Made by a program: the position numbers and the translations under genes. The notes under the pieces were generated by a model. That model worked only from the letters and a program-made list of their open reading frames with translations, was not told the origin of the DNA and did no database searches. From Eukaryota sp. TZLM1-RC (lineage: Eukaryota > Protista > Metamonada: BaSk clade), in contig JAUPSS010000011.1 of the NCBI GenBank assembly GCA_040285825.1, positions 879,658 through 943,657 of the forward strand: DNA of 64,000 nucleotides, given 5' to 3'. Position 1 is the first letter of the stretch, and each line of letters opens with the position of its first letter. Shown here in pieces: positions 12,986-25,500 of the stretch.

Positions 12986-14836
12986 CCATGAAGAAGGACA
13001 TCAAAAATACAATTACGTTTCACAGAATTGAAAGCATTTTTGAAATCCAAATTAAAAATATATTGATGCTGTTGACTATTGAAAAAAACATCTGAAGTCA
13101 TTGAAGCAACAGAAGCACCTTCAACAGTTTTTATACCAAATGTTGAAAAATTGAAATCCCTCCATCCAACTGAACATTTTTGCCCCAGTAAGCCTTCTAT
13201 TTGTCAATATTGGCTCGAAAATCCATTTCAGGCTCAAGAAGTATTGAATGCCGTTGCTAAATTACCAAAAGGAAAAGCTGCTGGTCCTTCAGGCATTTCC
13301 TTTGATTTGTTAAAAACTGCCTGTAAAAATGCTCCTGAAATTGTTGAGGATCTTGCTTCCTATTTTCAAAATTTAATGTGTTTAAATTATGTTCCTCCGC
13401 CTGAATTGACTGCTGCCCGTTTAGTTGCTTTAGTTAAACCTGGTAAAGGTGACAAACCTGATGGAGTTAGACCAATTGCTATTGGAGAGTCATTAACCAG
13501 ATTGCTTTCTTCGCTTATTTTTAACAGAATTTCTACTAAAGCAAGGGACTATTTGAAGTCTTTCCAATTTTTTTTATTATTTATTTTTATTCAACAACAA
13601 ATATGAAATTCACAATTAAAACTCCCCATCCTCGAAACCTGCCTCCCCTGCATCAAAACAATTAATTGCTAAAGATTCAGAAAATTTCCCAAAAGAAGAT
13701 AGTGAATCAGAAATTAGTTTTACCATTCCCTTAAAAATAGAAAATACAATCCTGTTTTGCCAGTAAACACGATTGAAAATTCTTCCAGTTCTTTCCTTTA
13801 CAACTACAACAAAATCCTCGAGGAAAGCCATAGCAGCCTTACCTAGAGATCCAAGCAAAGAAAAAACAAATGGACATAAATTATATTGGGCATGAGAATT
13901 TTCATTAACCGAGGAAATGGGTTTCGCATATTTAGCAATTTTATATTTTTCGCCTGCAAGAAGAGGATTATTTACATCCGAGTTAATGAGATGTTCGTTA
14001 GAGGAATTACAAGGGTCAATAGACATGGCGTCCAAAATAGTAAAACTACCATTTAAACCAGGAACAACTAGATCACCTCTAGTCAGACCCATAGAAGCTC
14101 TCTTGTAACGCGTACTATCAATATTGGGATCATCAAGAATTAATTTTGATAACAGCGGTTCTAAAAAGGAATCTACACGATATGATTTGCACATTACATA
14201 AATTTGGTCCCTGACGTTATTATGCACTTTGCTTCTAAACGTAGTGAAATGTTTGCAGTTCAAAAGATGAGTAAACAACAGAGGTTTACCACATTTACAA
14301 GTTAAATGATTGGGCAAATTGTTTGGTCACAGAAAATAACGAAAACGCATGTTTAGAAGCCATTCATTGTTTTTTTCAACAAAAGTCCATAAACAGAGGC
14401 AACTTGAGTTACTAAAGCAGCAGCTGAACTATCACGAATATCCTTTAAAAAAATTACCGAAAGCGGGACTTTTAGTTTTGGCCAATCCAAGTCTTACTTC
14501 ATAATCCAAGCCTTTATATAATTTAACCAGATGGTGCTGAAGCTTTTCAAGCAAAAACGTAAATTTGGAAGTGATCGGGTGGGAATTTCTTGAACATTTT
14601 GAGGAAAACACTGAATCCAGATATCACTAGGCAAATTTTCTAATTCAAATTGCAGTTGATTCAAGTAAAAATTTGATTCACCATTGATCAGATGAACATC
14701 AAAAGGGAACCTTTGGAAAAAATCAAAAACAAAATTTTTACCACCTCCCAAAAATGCTGCTTTACACAGAATCGAAGAACAAAATACATGACTTCGAATT
14801 AAAGATTCATTTACTTCTAATAAAGAAGAAAAAAAT
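12986..14836. mobile_element. Family B block: B(-) 12986-13141, B(+) 13141-13569, B(-) 3' part 13568-14836
   Basis: Near-identical to 2054-3904. Confidence 0.9.
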
Positions 14837-15913
14837 TTGCTCTTTTCAGCAAAGCAAAGTGGAGTTTCATCTCTTTTAGCAAAGTCAATTGCTGAGTCTT
14901 TACAAACATCAACAGTGACAACATCAACAACTTTAATAACACCATCAGACGCAGGGGTAATTAAATCAGCACGGCGTTTCCCAAAAGTATTTTCATTTTC
15001 ATTTTCTTTGTTTTTAAAATTTAATTTTATTCTAAACCTATAAATCAACATCTAAAAAAATCCATCTCTCCCAAAACAAAAACACTAGATGCAACTCTCT
15101 CATAGTGAGATCCAAGAGAAAGCAAAGCATCAGAAACCATCTTCAACATTCCCTTAAAAATAGAAAACACAATTCTATTTTTGCCAAAACAATCTGTTGA
15201 AATTTCTGCCAGTTCTTCTCTTTACAATCATTTCAAAATCATCCAAAAAACGTAAAGCAGTTGGTGCAAGTGAACCAAAAGGGAAAATACAAATGGATAC
15301 AAATTGTATTTTTGCATGCTGTAGACTGGCCAATTTGGACAAAGGTTCATTGTATTTTTTGAATTTAAAATTTTCAGCATTTGAAAGGGGATTATGAATT
15401 TCAGAATTAACAAGCCTTTCATTTGAGGCATTACAAGGATCAACAGACATTACATCCAATAAAATGAAGCTTCCATCTAATCCAGGTAATATGACATCAC
15501 CTCTATTATTCTTATGAAAATCATTTTCAGCATCAAACAGATTTGACAACAAAGGTTCCAAGAAGGATTCAATTCTATGAGATTTACACATACAATATAA
15601 CTGGTCTCTTACAGCATCATGAACCTTGCTTCTAAAAGTAATAAAATGTTTACAATTTAACAAATGAGTAGTTGTAATTTCTCGAGAACATTTACAAATT
15701 AAATTATGAGGTAAATTATCAGGCCAGATAAAGGAACGAAATCTCATATTCAGAGTCCAAGCAGAATCGGATAAGAGAGTACCATAAACTTGTGGAATTG
15801 TTGTTACTAAGGCAGAAGAAATTTTCATTTTCAGATGACAACCTTCGCACAAGTGGTTCAACAAAAGCCTCAATGTGATGGCTTTTGCACATAGCGTATA
15901 GTTGGTCTCTAAC
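14837..15913 (-). mobile_element. Family F fragment with nested family A 3' copy (15007-15820)
   Basis: TSD attttcattttc on both sides of the A copy. Confidence 0.85.
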
Positions 15914-17096
15914 TTAAAAGCTTGTTGGTCATAATTGATAAAAAGGAATCTGAGCTCCACCAATCATCAAAGATTGTTTTTCTCTACCAATCAAGAGACA
16001 TTTAGATGGGTTCAAAGCTAAACCAATTTCTTTGTATTTCGCCGCAATGTCTTCAGAAACCCTAGAAATGCTTTCAAAAGAACCAATAATAGAAATGTCA
16101 TCCATATAGGCAACAATACGCAAATCAGGGAAATCTTGTTGTGTCATTTTAATAATATTATGAATAGCCAAACAAAACAGCAAAGGGCCAAGAGGATCAC
16201 CTTGTTTCACACCAGAAGAAGATTCAAGGGTAAAGGAGTCAAAAATTAAGTCTGATTTTTTTCCATAAAATAAATAAAAATATGCAGTAAGTTCAGGAAA
16301 ATCATGAAGAAGGACATCAAAAATACAATTACGTTTCACAGAATTATTAATTTATTGAATTTGCACACTTGATTAAGTTAAATCATAACTAATGGGACGA
16401 CTATCATTAAACCAAGATTTCCTCTACAAAATCTTGATTTGCTTGCTGTCTAGCTAAAGCTTCTCTAATTCGATTGAAAAACCGCGGTAATCTATTAATA
16501 ATGGCAAATTGAATCCGTGAACGCCATAAAAAAATATCAAATCTTTTCATTGTTTTTTCTTTCACCATTTTTTGGAAGTCATCCAAAAAAGTTTCTGCTT
16601 CAACTGATAATCTTCCATTTATCGAAAATGGAAAAGCAATAAAAACCAGCTGTGTATTTCTATCGATATTTGCATCTTCAATTTCTTTATCATATTTTCA
16701 CAGAATTGAAAGCATTTTTGAAATCCAAATTAAAAATATATTGATGCTGTTGACTATTGAAAAAAACATCTGAAGTCATTGAAGCAACAGAAGCACCTTC
16801 AACAGTTTTTATACCAAATTGGAAAGGCTTCAAATAGTGTCTTGCTTTAGTAGAAATTCTGTTAAAAATAAGCGAAGAAAGCAATCTGGTTAATGACTCT
16901 CCAATAGCAATTGGTCTAACTCCATCAGGTTTGTCACCTTTACCAGGTTTAACTAAAGCAACTAAACGGGCAGCAGTCAATTCAGGCGGAGGAACATAAT
17001 TTAAACACATTAAATTTTGAAAATAGGAAGCAAGATCCTCAACAATTTCAGGAGCATTTTTACAGGCAGTTTTTAACAAATCAAAGGAAATGCCTT
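15911..17096 (-). mobile_element. Family B RT segment (15911-16345 + 16696-17096)
   Basis: ORFs 15929-16339 and 16690-17079; collinear once E is removed. Confidence 0.9.
16346..16695 (-). mobile_element. Family E 3' 350 bp inserted in B
   Basis: TSD tttcacagaatt at 16334-16345 and 16696-16707; reverse complement of about 60087-60440. Confidence 0.9.
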
Positions 17097-17131
17097 TGAC
17101 TGTGGTTTTGAAAATAAATTAAAATTAAACT
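17097..17131 (+). mobile_element. 35 bp family D tail-only insertion
   Basis: gactgtggttttgaaaataaattaaaattaaa; TSD aaaggaaatgcctt at 17083-17096 and 17132-17145; empty site at about 27960-27973. Confidence 0.85.
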
Positions 17132-17190
17132 AAAGGAAATGCCTTCTGATTGGCTCTTCTGCTCAAGACCTCGTGATAAACGATTCTATT

Positions 17191-18488
17191 TTTTTTTAAA
17201 ATTTAATTTTATTCTAAACCTATTAATCAACATCTAAAAAATCCATCTCTCCCAAAACAAAAACACTAGATGCAACTCTCTCATAGTGAGATCCAAGAGA
17301 AAGCAAAGCATCAGAAACCATCTTCAACATTCCCTTAAAAATAGAAAACACAATTCTATTTTGCCAAAACAATCTGTTGAAATTTCTGCCAGTTCTTCTC
17401 TTTACAATCATTTCAAAATCATCCAAAAAACGTAAAGCAGTTGGTGCAAGTGAACCAAAAAGGGAAAATACAAATGGATACAAATTGTATTTTGCATGCT
17501 GTAGACTGGCCAATTTGGACAAAGGTTCATTGTATTTTTTGAATTTAAAATTTTCAGCATTTGAAAGGGGATTATGAATTTCAGAATTAACAAGCCTTTC
17601 ATTTGAGGCATTACAAGGATCAACAGACATTACATCCAATAAAATGAAGCTTCCATCTAATCCAGGTAATATGACATCACCTCTATTATTCTTATGAAAA
17701 TCATTTTCAGCATCAAACAGATTTGACAACAAAGGTTCCAAGAAGGATTCAATTCTATGAGATTTACACATACAATATAACTGGTCTCTCACAGCATCAT
17801 GAACCTTGCTTCTAAAAGTAATAAAATGTTTACAATTTAACAAATGAGTAGTTGTAATTTCTCGAGAACATTTACAAATTAAATTATGAGGTAAATTATC
17901 AGGCCAGATAAAGGAACGAAATCTCATATTCAGAGTCCAAGCAGAATCGGATAAGAGAGTACCATAAACTTGTGGAATTGTTGTTACTAAGGCAGAAGAA
18001 ATTTCATTTTCAGATGACAACCTTCGCACAAGTGGTTCAACAAAAGCCTCAATGTGATGGCTTTTGCACATAGCGTATAGTTGGTCTCTAACTTAAAAGC
18101 TTGTTGGTCATAATTGATAAAAGGAATCTGAGCTCCACCAATCATCAAAGATTGTTTTTCTCTACCAATCAAGAGACATTTAGATGGGTTCAAAGCTAAA
18201 CCAATTTCTTTGTATTTCGCCGCAATGTCTTCAGAAACCCTAGAAATGCTTTCAAAAGAACCAATAATAGAAATGTCATCCATATAGGCAACAATACGCA
18301 AATCAGGGAAATCTTGTTGTGTCATTTTAATAATATTATGAATAGCCAAACAAAACAGCAAAGGGCCAAGAGGATCACCTTGTTTCACACCAGAAGAAGA
18401 TTCAAGGGTAAACGAGTCAAAAATTAAGTCTGATTTTTTTCCATAAAATAAATAAAAATATGCAGTAAGTTCAGGAAACCATGAAGAA
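17191..18488 (-). mobile_element. A 3' copy (17191-18000), F piece (18001-18092), B RT piece (18090-18488)
   Basis: Paralog of 7273-8377 and 15007-16310. Confidence 0.9.
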
Positions 18489-20876
18489 TTTTTTTTTTTA
18501 AAATTTAATTTTATTCTAAACCTATAAATCAACATCTAAAAAATCCATCTCTCCCAAAACAAAAACACTAGATGCAACTCTCTCATAGTGAGATCCAAGA
18601 GAAAGCAAAGCATCAGAAACCATCTTCAACATCCCCTTAAAAATAGAAAACACAATTCTATTTTGCCAAAACAATCTGTTGAAATTTCTGCCAGTTCTTC
18701 TCTTTACAATCATTTCAAAATCATCCAAAAAACGTAAAGCAGTTGGTGCAAGTGAACCAAAAAGGGAAAATACAAATGGATACAAATTGTATTTTGCATG
18801 CTGTAGACTGGCCAATTTGGACAAAGGTTCATTGTATTTTTTGAATTTAAAATTTTCAGCATTTGAAAGGGGATTATGAATTTCAGAATTAACAAGCCTT
18901 TCATTTGAGGCATTACAAGGATCAACAGACATTACATCCAATAAAATGAAGCTTCCATCTAATCCAGGTAATATGACATCACCTCTATTATTCTTATGAA
19001 AATCATTTTCAGCATCAAACAGATTTGACAACAAAGGTTCCAAGAAGGATTCAATTCTATGAGATTTACACATACAATATAACTGGTCTCTTACAGCATC
19101 ATGAACCTTGCTTCTAAAAGTAATAAAATGTTTACAATTTAACAAATGAGTAGTTGTAATTTCTCGAGAACATTTACAAATTAAATTATGAGGTAAATTA
19201 TCAGGCCAGATAAAGGAAGGAAATCTCATATTCAGAGTCCAAGCAGAATCGGATAAGAGAGTACCATAAACTTGTGGAATTGTTGTTACTAAGGCAGAAG
19301 AAGTACTGTCACACATATCTTGTAAAAGATTTGCAAAAGCGGGATTCTTTTTCTTGGCCAAGCCAAGTCTAACATCAAAATCCAAGCTTTCAAAAATCTT
19401 TGACAATTTTTGTTGAAGCTTTTTACAGCAAAACTGTAAATTAAATAGAGATCGGTTTGGAATTTCTTGAATTGATTGAGGAAAACATTTGGTCCAAATT
19501 TGTGGCGGTAATTTTTCAAGTTCACAAGATAACTCATACAAATAGGGACTACAATTGGGGACTAACAGATGAGAATCATCAGGAAATCTACGAGAAAATT
19601 CATAAATAAAATTTTTGCCACCACCCAAGAATGCTGATTGACACAAAATTGAAGATTTAGTAAAACCAATACCACCCAAATTTGCTGAAGAAAATAAATG
19701 GCTTTTCAACATTCCTGGTTCTACATCCAATAAATCAGCAAAAATTCTGTTCTCAATGAATTAAAAGAACGACAAAAATCTAATGCTATGGAAGGAGCAC
19801 AAGATCTCAAAATGTGGGTTATTCTCCCAGTGTAGCAAATTTTAAGCATGAAAAATTTAATATGCTTTTCTATATCTAAAGAAGAAATTGAATCAAGTTC
19901 AATTTTCATTTTTTCCAAAATACCTTGCAATTCATTCTGAATTTGAGGCACATTTCCTAACCAACAACCAAGGAACTTAAAAGCATCACTACTATAATTA
20001 GTAAAAGGGACAATAGAATCGTTTATCACGAGGTCTTGAGCAGAAGAGCCAATCAGAAGGCATTTGCTGGCATTAAGATGAAGCCCAATATTTTCATATG
20101 AATCGGCAATTTCTTGAGCAACCAATTCTAGTAAATCAAATGAACCAATCAAGGATATATCATCCATATAAGCAACTATTTTTATAGAAGGGTATTTTTG
20201 CTTAATGATATTTAAAGTTTTGTGAATAGCTAAACAAAACAATAATGGGCCTAAAGGATCTCCCTGCTTCACTCCAGAAGATGATTTAAGACCAAATGAA
20301 TTAAAAATTAAATCTGATTCTTTCCCATAAAAATGGTAGAAAAAAACTCGATAGCTCAGGAAAATCAGATTTAATAACTTCAAAAATTGCTTCTCGCTTT
20401 ACAGAATTAAAAGCATTTTTAAAGTCGAGATTAAAAATAAAATTATTTTCCTCTGCATTAAAAAAAGGTATCAGAGGCAATAGCAGCAACAGAAGCACCA
20501 TCAATTGTTTTGATTCCAAATTGATGAGGATTCAAAAATGTATAAGCTTTGTCTTTGACACGATCGAAGACAATTGATGCTAGCAAACGAGAAAGAGATT
20601 CACCAACAGCAATTGGGCGTATTCCATCAGGTTTGATTCCGTTTCCAGGCTTTACTAAAGCAATCAGACGTGCTGCGAGTAATTCAAATGGAGGATTAAT
20701 TTTCAAAACAATCAATTGTTGAAAATAGTGGGCTAGATCATCAGCAATTTCGGGAGCACTGGAACATGCTATTTTTAAGAGATCAAAAGAAATTCCAGAT
20801 GGGCCTGCTGCTTTCCCCTTTGGCAATTTCTGAATAGCTTTAAGAACTTCAATTGCAGTAATAGGATTTTCAATCC
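18489..20876 (-). mobile_element. Family A 2.4 kb 5'-truncated copy in B
   Basis: TSD aaaccatgaagaa at 18476-18488 and 20877-20889; T-run at 18489. Confidence 0.92.
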
Positions 20877-22574
20877 AAACCATGAAGAAGGACATCAAAA
20901 ATACAATTACGTTTCACAGAATTGAAAGCATTTTTGAAATCCAAATTAAAAATATATTGATGCTGTTGACTATTGAAAAAAACATCTGAAGTCATTGAAG
21001 CAACAGAAGCACCTTCAACAGTTTTTATACCAAATGTTGAAAAATTGAAATCCCTCCATCCAACTGAACATTTTTGCCCCAGTAAGCCTTCTATTTGTCA
21101 ATATTGGCTCGAAAATCCATTTCAGGCTCAAGAAGTATTGAATGCCGTTGCTAAATTACCAAAAGGAAAAGCTGCTGGTCCTTCAGGCATTTCCTTTGAT
21201 TTGTTAAAAACTGCCTGTAAAAATGCTCCTGAAATTGTTGAGGATCTTGCTTCCTATTTTCAAAATTTAATGTGTTTAAATTATGTTCCTCCGCCTGAAT
21301 TGACTGCTGCCCGTTTAGTTGCTTTAGTTAAACCTGGTAAAGGTGACAAACCTGATGGAGTTAGACCAATTGCTATTGGAGAGTCATTAACCAGATTGCT
21401 TTCTTCGCTTATTTTTAACAGAATTTCTACTAAAGCAAGGGATTATTTGAAGCCTTTCCAATTTGGTATAAAAACTGTTGAAGGTGCTTCTGTTGCTTCA
21501 ATGACTTCAGATGTTTTTTTCAATAGTCAACAGCATCAATATATTTTCAATTTGGATTTCAAAAATGCTTTCAATTCTGTGAAACGTAATTGTATTTTTG
21601 ATGTCCTTCTTCATGATTTTCCTGAACTTACTGCATATTTCTATTTATTTTATGGAAAAAAATCAGACTTAATTTTTGACTCCTTTACCCTTGAATCTTC
21701 TTCTGGTGTGAAACAAGGTGATCCTCTTGGCCCTTTGCTGTTTTGTTTGGCTATTCATAATGTTATTAAAATGACACAACAAGATTTCCCTGATTTGCGT
21801 ATTGTTGCCTATATGGATGACATTTCTATTATTGGTTCTTTTGAAAGCATTTCTAGGGTTTCTGAAGACATTGCGGCGAAATACAAAGAAATTGGTTTAG
21901 CTTTGAACCCATCTAAATGTCTCTTGATTGGTAGAGAAAAACAATCTTTGATGATTGGTGGAGCTCAGATTCCTTTTATCAATTATGACCAACAAGCTTT
22001 TAAGTTTCTTGGATGTTGGCTTGGCAATTTGGATGAAATTTATTCCCAGTTAAACAATTTATTGGAGAAGTTTGACAAGGATCTTAGTTTTATTGCTGAA
22101 TGTGACATTGAGAAACACATCAAATTTTTTATTTTAAAAATTTGTTATTCTGGAAAATTCACTCATATTTTAAGGTCAACTCCATCTTCGGTATCTCTCA
22201 ATTTTTGCAGATCTTTTAACAAACTTCGAGTCAAATTTTTTTCTTCTTTATTAGAAGTAAATGAATCTTTAATTCGAAGTCATGTATTTTGTTCAGCAGA
22301 TTTGGGTGGAATTGGATTCACCAAATCTTCGATTCTGTGTAAAGCAGCATTTTTGGGAGGTGGTAAAAATTTTGTTTTTGAATTTTTCCAAAGGTTCCCT
22401 TTTGATGTTCATCTGATCAATGGTGAATCAAATTTTTACTTGAATCAACTTCAATGTGAATTAGAAAATTTGCCTAGTGATATCTGGATTTTTTTTTCTC
22501 CCTCCCTTAGTCAACCCTCTCATATTTTACTTTCTGTCAAGGCGTCAAAGTCGTACTGTTTCTCTGTCAAAACG

Positions 22575-25500
22575 ATGCCTTTGGCTGATAGTGACTCTGA
22601 TACTGATTGGAACGCTCAAGCAAAGATTCTACCAGTCAGATCAAGCTCATCCACTCTACTTCCCCATTCTCCCCACAATACAAGCTATGCTCGAAATTCA
22701 TCTCAAAAAAATTTTCATTCAAATACTGATCATTGCACCAGAAAAAACACAGAAAAACCACCATTACGTTCCTTACGTTCTGTTGCGCGTGCTATTAACA
22801 ACCCCGTTTCTCGAAATTTGTTTTCTCCAGCTGAAACTGCAAAAAGTCAAAAGTCTATTTCTACTTTTAACTCAAAAATTGACAAAATTGAAAGAACTGA
22901 AAAAATGAATCCACTGCCATTAAAAGGTTCTAAAAAATGTTCGATTTGTGGTATCAGTGGTCATAATTCGAGAACGTGCCCTGAGAAACAAAAAAGAGAA
23001 TTTGAATTAAACTCTGCTCAACAAATTCTCAAATGTTCTGTTCCAGCTGTTGCTGTTGTGAAAGGTGCTGAAAATAATGTTTCTGACGATCAACAGTTAA
23101 ATGCTTCTAGTGTTCCCTCTTCTTCCCCTTCTGAAAACAGTAATTTTTGTTGTCCATTTTGCAAAAAAGATGTTGCAGATTCACGAAATGGTCGAAAACT
23201 TCTGTTTTGTACGAATTGTAAAGCCGTTGATACCGTAAGACCCCCGATCCGGATCCCAGTAGAAATAAGTCCCGCCAGCACAATCCCCTTCTCAATGGAA
23301 ATGAGAAATTTTACTTCTGAATTGAAAAATAATAAGTGGAATATTTCATCCTTCTGGAAATATTTTGCTAGAAAAAACAAAAATTGTTTTAAGAAAAAAT
23401 TTGGAAATAGAAAAATTGTATAATCAAAAATTTGCCGTAAATTGTGCTTACGTGGTCGTTATGGTGCCGCAAAGCAGTCTTTGTTTTCCTCTTCTTTGGC
23501 TGATGCAAACTCTGATACCCTTGAAAAACTTCAAAAGTTGCATCCTCAAGAAAATTTCAAGTGCAGCAAGCCTGAAGTGTGTCCTTTTTGGATTGAAAAT
23601 CCTATTACTGCAATTGAAGTTCTTAAAGCTATTCAAAAATTGCCAAAGGGGAAAGCAGCAGGCCCATCTGGAATTTCTTTTGATCTGTTAAAAATAGCGT
23701 GTTCCAGTGCTCCCGAAATTGCTGACGATCTAGCCCACTATTTTCAACAATTAATTGTTTTGAAAATAAATCCTCCATTTGAATTGCTCGCAGCACGTCT
23801 GATTGCTTTAGTAAAGCCTGGAAACGGAATCAAACCTGATGGAATACGCCCAATTGCTGTTGGTGAATCTCTTTCTCGTTTGTTGGCATCAATTGTCTTC
23901 GATCGTGTCAAAGACAAAGCCTCTACATTTTTGAATCCTCATCAATTTGGAATCAAAACAATTGATGGTGCTTCTGTTGCTGCTATTGCCTCTGATACCT
24001 TTTGTAATGCAGAGGAAAATAATTTTATTTTTAATCTCGACTTTAAAAATGCTTTTAATTCTGTAAAGCGAGAAGCAATTTTTGAAGTTATTAAATCTGA
24101 TTTTCCTGAGCTATCGAGTTTTTTCTACCATTTTTATGGTAAAGAATCAGATTTAATTTTTAATTCATTTGCTCTTAAATCATCTTCTGGTGTGAAGCAA
24201 GGTGACCCTTTAGGTCCATTATTGTTTTGTTTAGCTATTCACAAAACTTTAAATATCATTAAGCAAAAATACCCTTCTATAAAAATAGTTGCTTATATGG
24301 ATGATATATCCTTGATTGGTTCATTTGATTTACTAGAATTGGTTGCTCAAGAAATTGCCGATTCATATGAAAATATTGGGCTTCATCTTAATGCCAGCAA
24401 ATGCCTTCTGATTGGCTCTTCTGCTCAAGACCTCGTGATAAACGATTCTATTGTCCCTTTTACTAATTATAGTAGTGATGCTTTTAAGTTCCTTGGTTGT
24501 TGGTTAGGAAATGTGCCTCAAATTCAGAATGAATTGCAAGTTATTTTGGAAAAAATGAAAATTGAACTTGATTCAATTTCTACTTTTTTTTTAATTTAAT
24601 TTTAATTTATTTTCAAAACCACAGTCTAAAAGTCAATTTCTTCAAAACAAGCTTCCACACCATCAAACCTTACAGCAGCAATGTTTTCATAATGTGCACT
24701 GACAGACATTAAAGCTTTCGAAATCATTTTAGGAATTGATTTATTCAATTTTAGGAATTTCTTTAGATATTGAAAAGCATATTAAATTTTTTATGCTTAA
24801 AATTTGCTACACTGGGAGAATAACCCACATTTTGAGATCTTGTGCTCCTTCCATAGCATTAGATTTTTGTCGTTCTTTTAATTCATTGAGAACAGAATTT
24901 TTTGCTGATTTATTGGATGTAGAACCAGGAATGTTGAAAAGCCATTTATTTTCTTCAGCAAATTTGGGGGGTATTGGATTTACTAAATCTTCAATTTTGT
25001 GTCAATCAGCATTCTTGGGTGGTGGCAAAAATTTTATTTATGAATTTTCTCGTAGATTTCCTGATGATTCTCATCTGTTAGTCCCCAATTGTAGTCCCTA
25101 TTTGTATGAGTTATCTTGTGAACTTGAAAAATTACCGCCACAAATTTGGACCAAATGTTTTCCTCAATCAATTCAAGAAATTCCAAACCGATCTGTATTT
25201 AATTTACAGTTTTGCTGTAAAAAGCTTCAACAAAAATTGTCAAAGATTTTTGAAAGCTTGGATTTTGATGTTACACTTGGCTTGGCCAAGAAAAAGAATC
25301 CCGCTTTTGCAAATCTTTTACAAGATATGTGTGACAGTACTTCTTCTGCCTTAGTAACAACAATTCCACAAGTTTATGGTACTCTCTTATCCGATTCTGC
25401 TTGGACTCTGAATATGAGATTTCGTTCCTTTATCTGGCCTGATAATTTACCTCATAATTTAATTTGTAAATGTTCTCGAGAAATTACAACTACTCATTTG

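Larger units (their letters stand above)
2054..16345. repeat. Segmental tandem duplication, offset 10,932 bp; third partial copy at about 17191-21460
   Basis: ORFs 2147/13079, 2684/13616 and 2985/13917 share the offset; identical chimeric junctions A|B, B|B, B|F, F|A. Confidence 0.9.

Noticed and set aside
22491-22574. HDV-like ribozyme at the 5' end, as in R2
   Set aside because: I could not identify the nested double-pseudoknot pairing by eye in this pyrimidine-rich leader; it would need a motif search.
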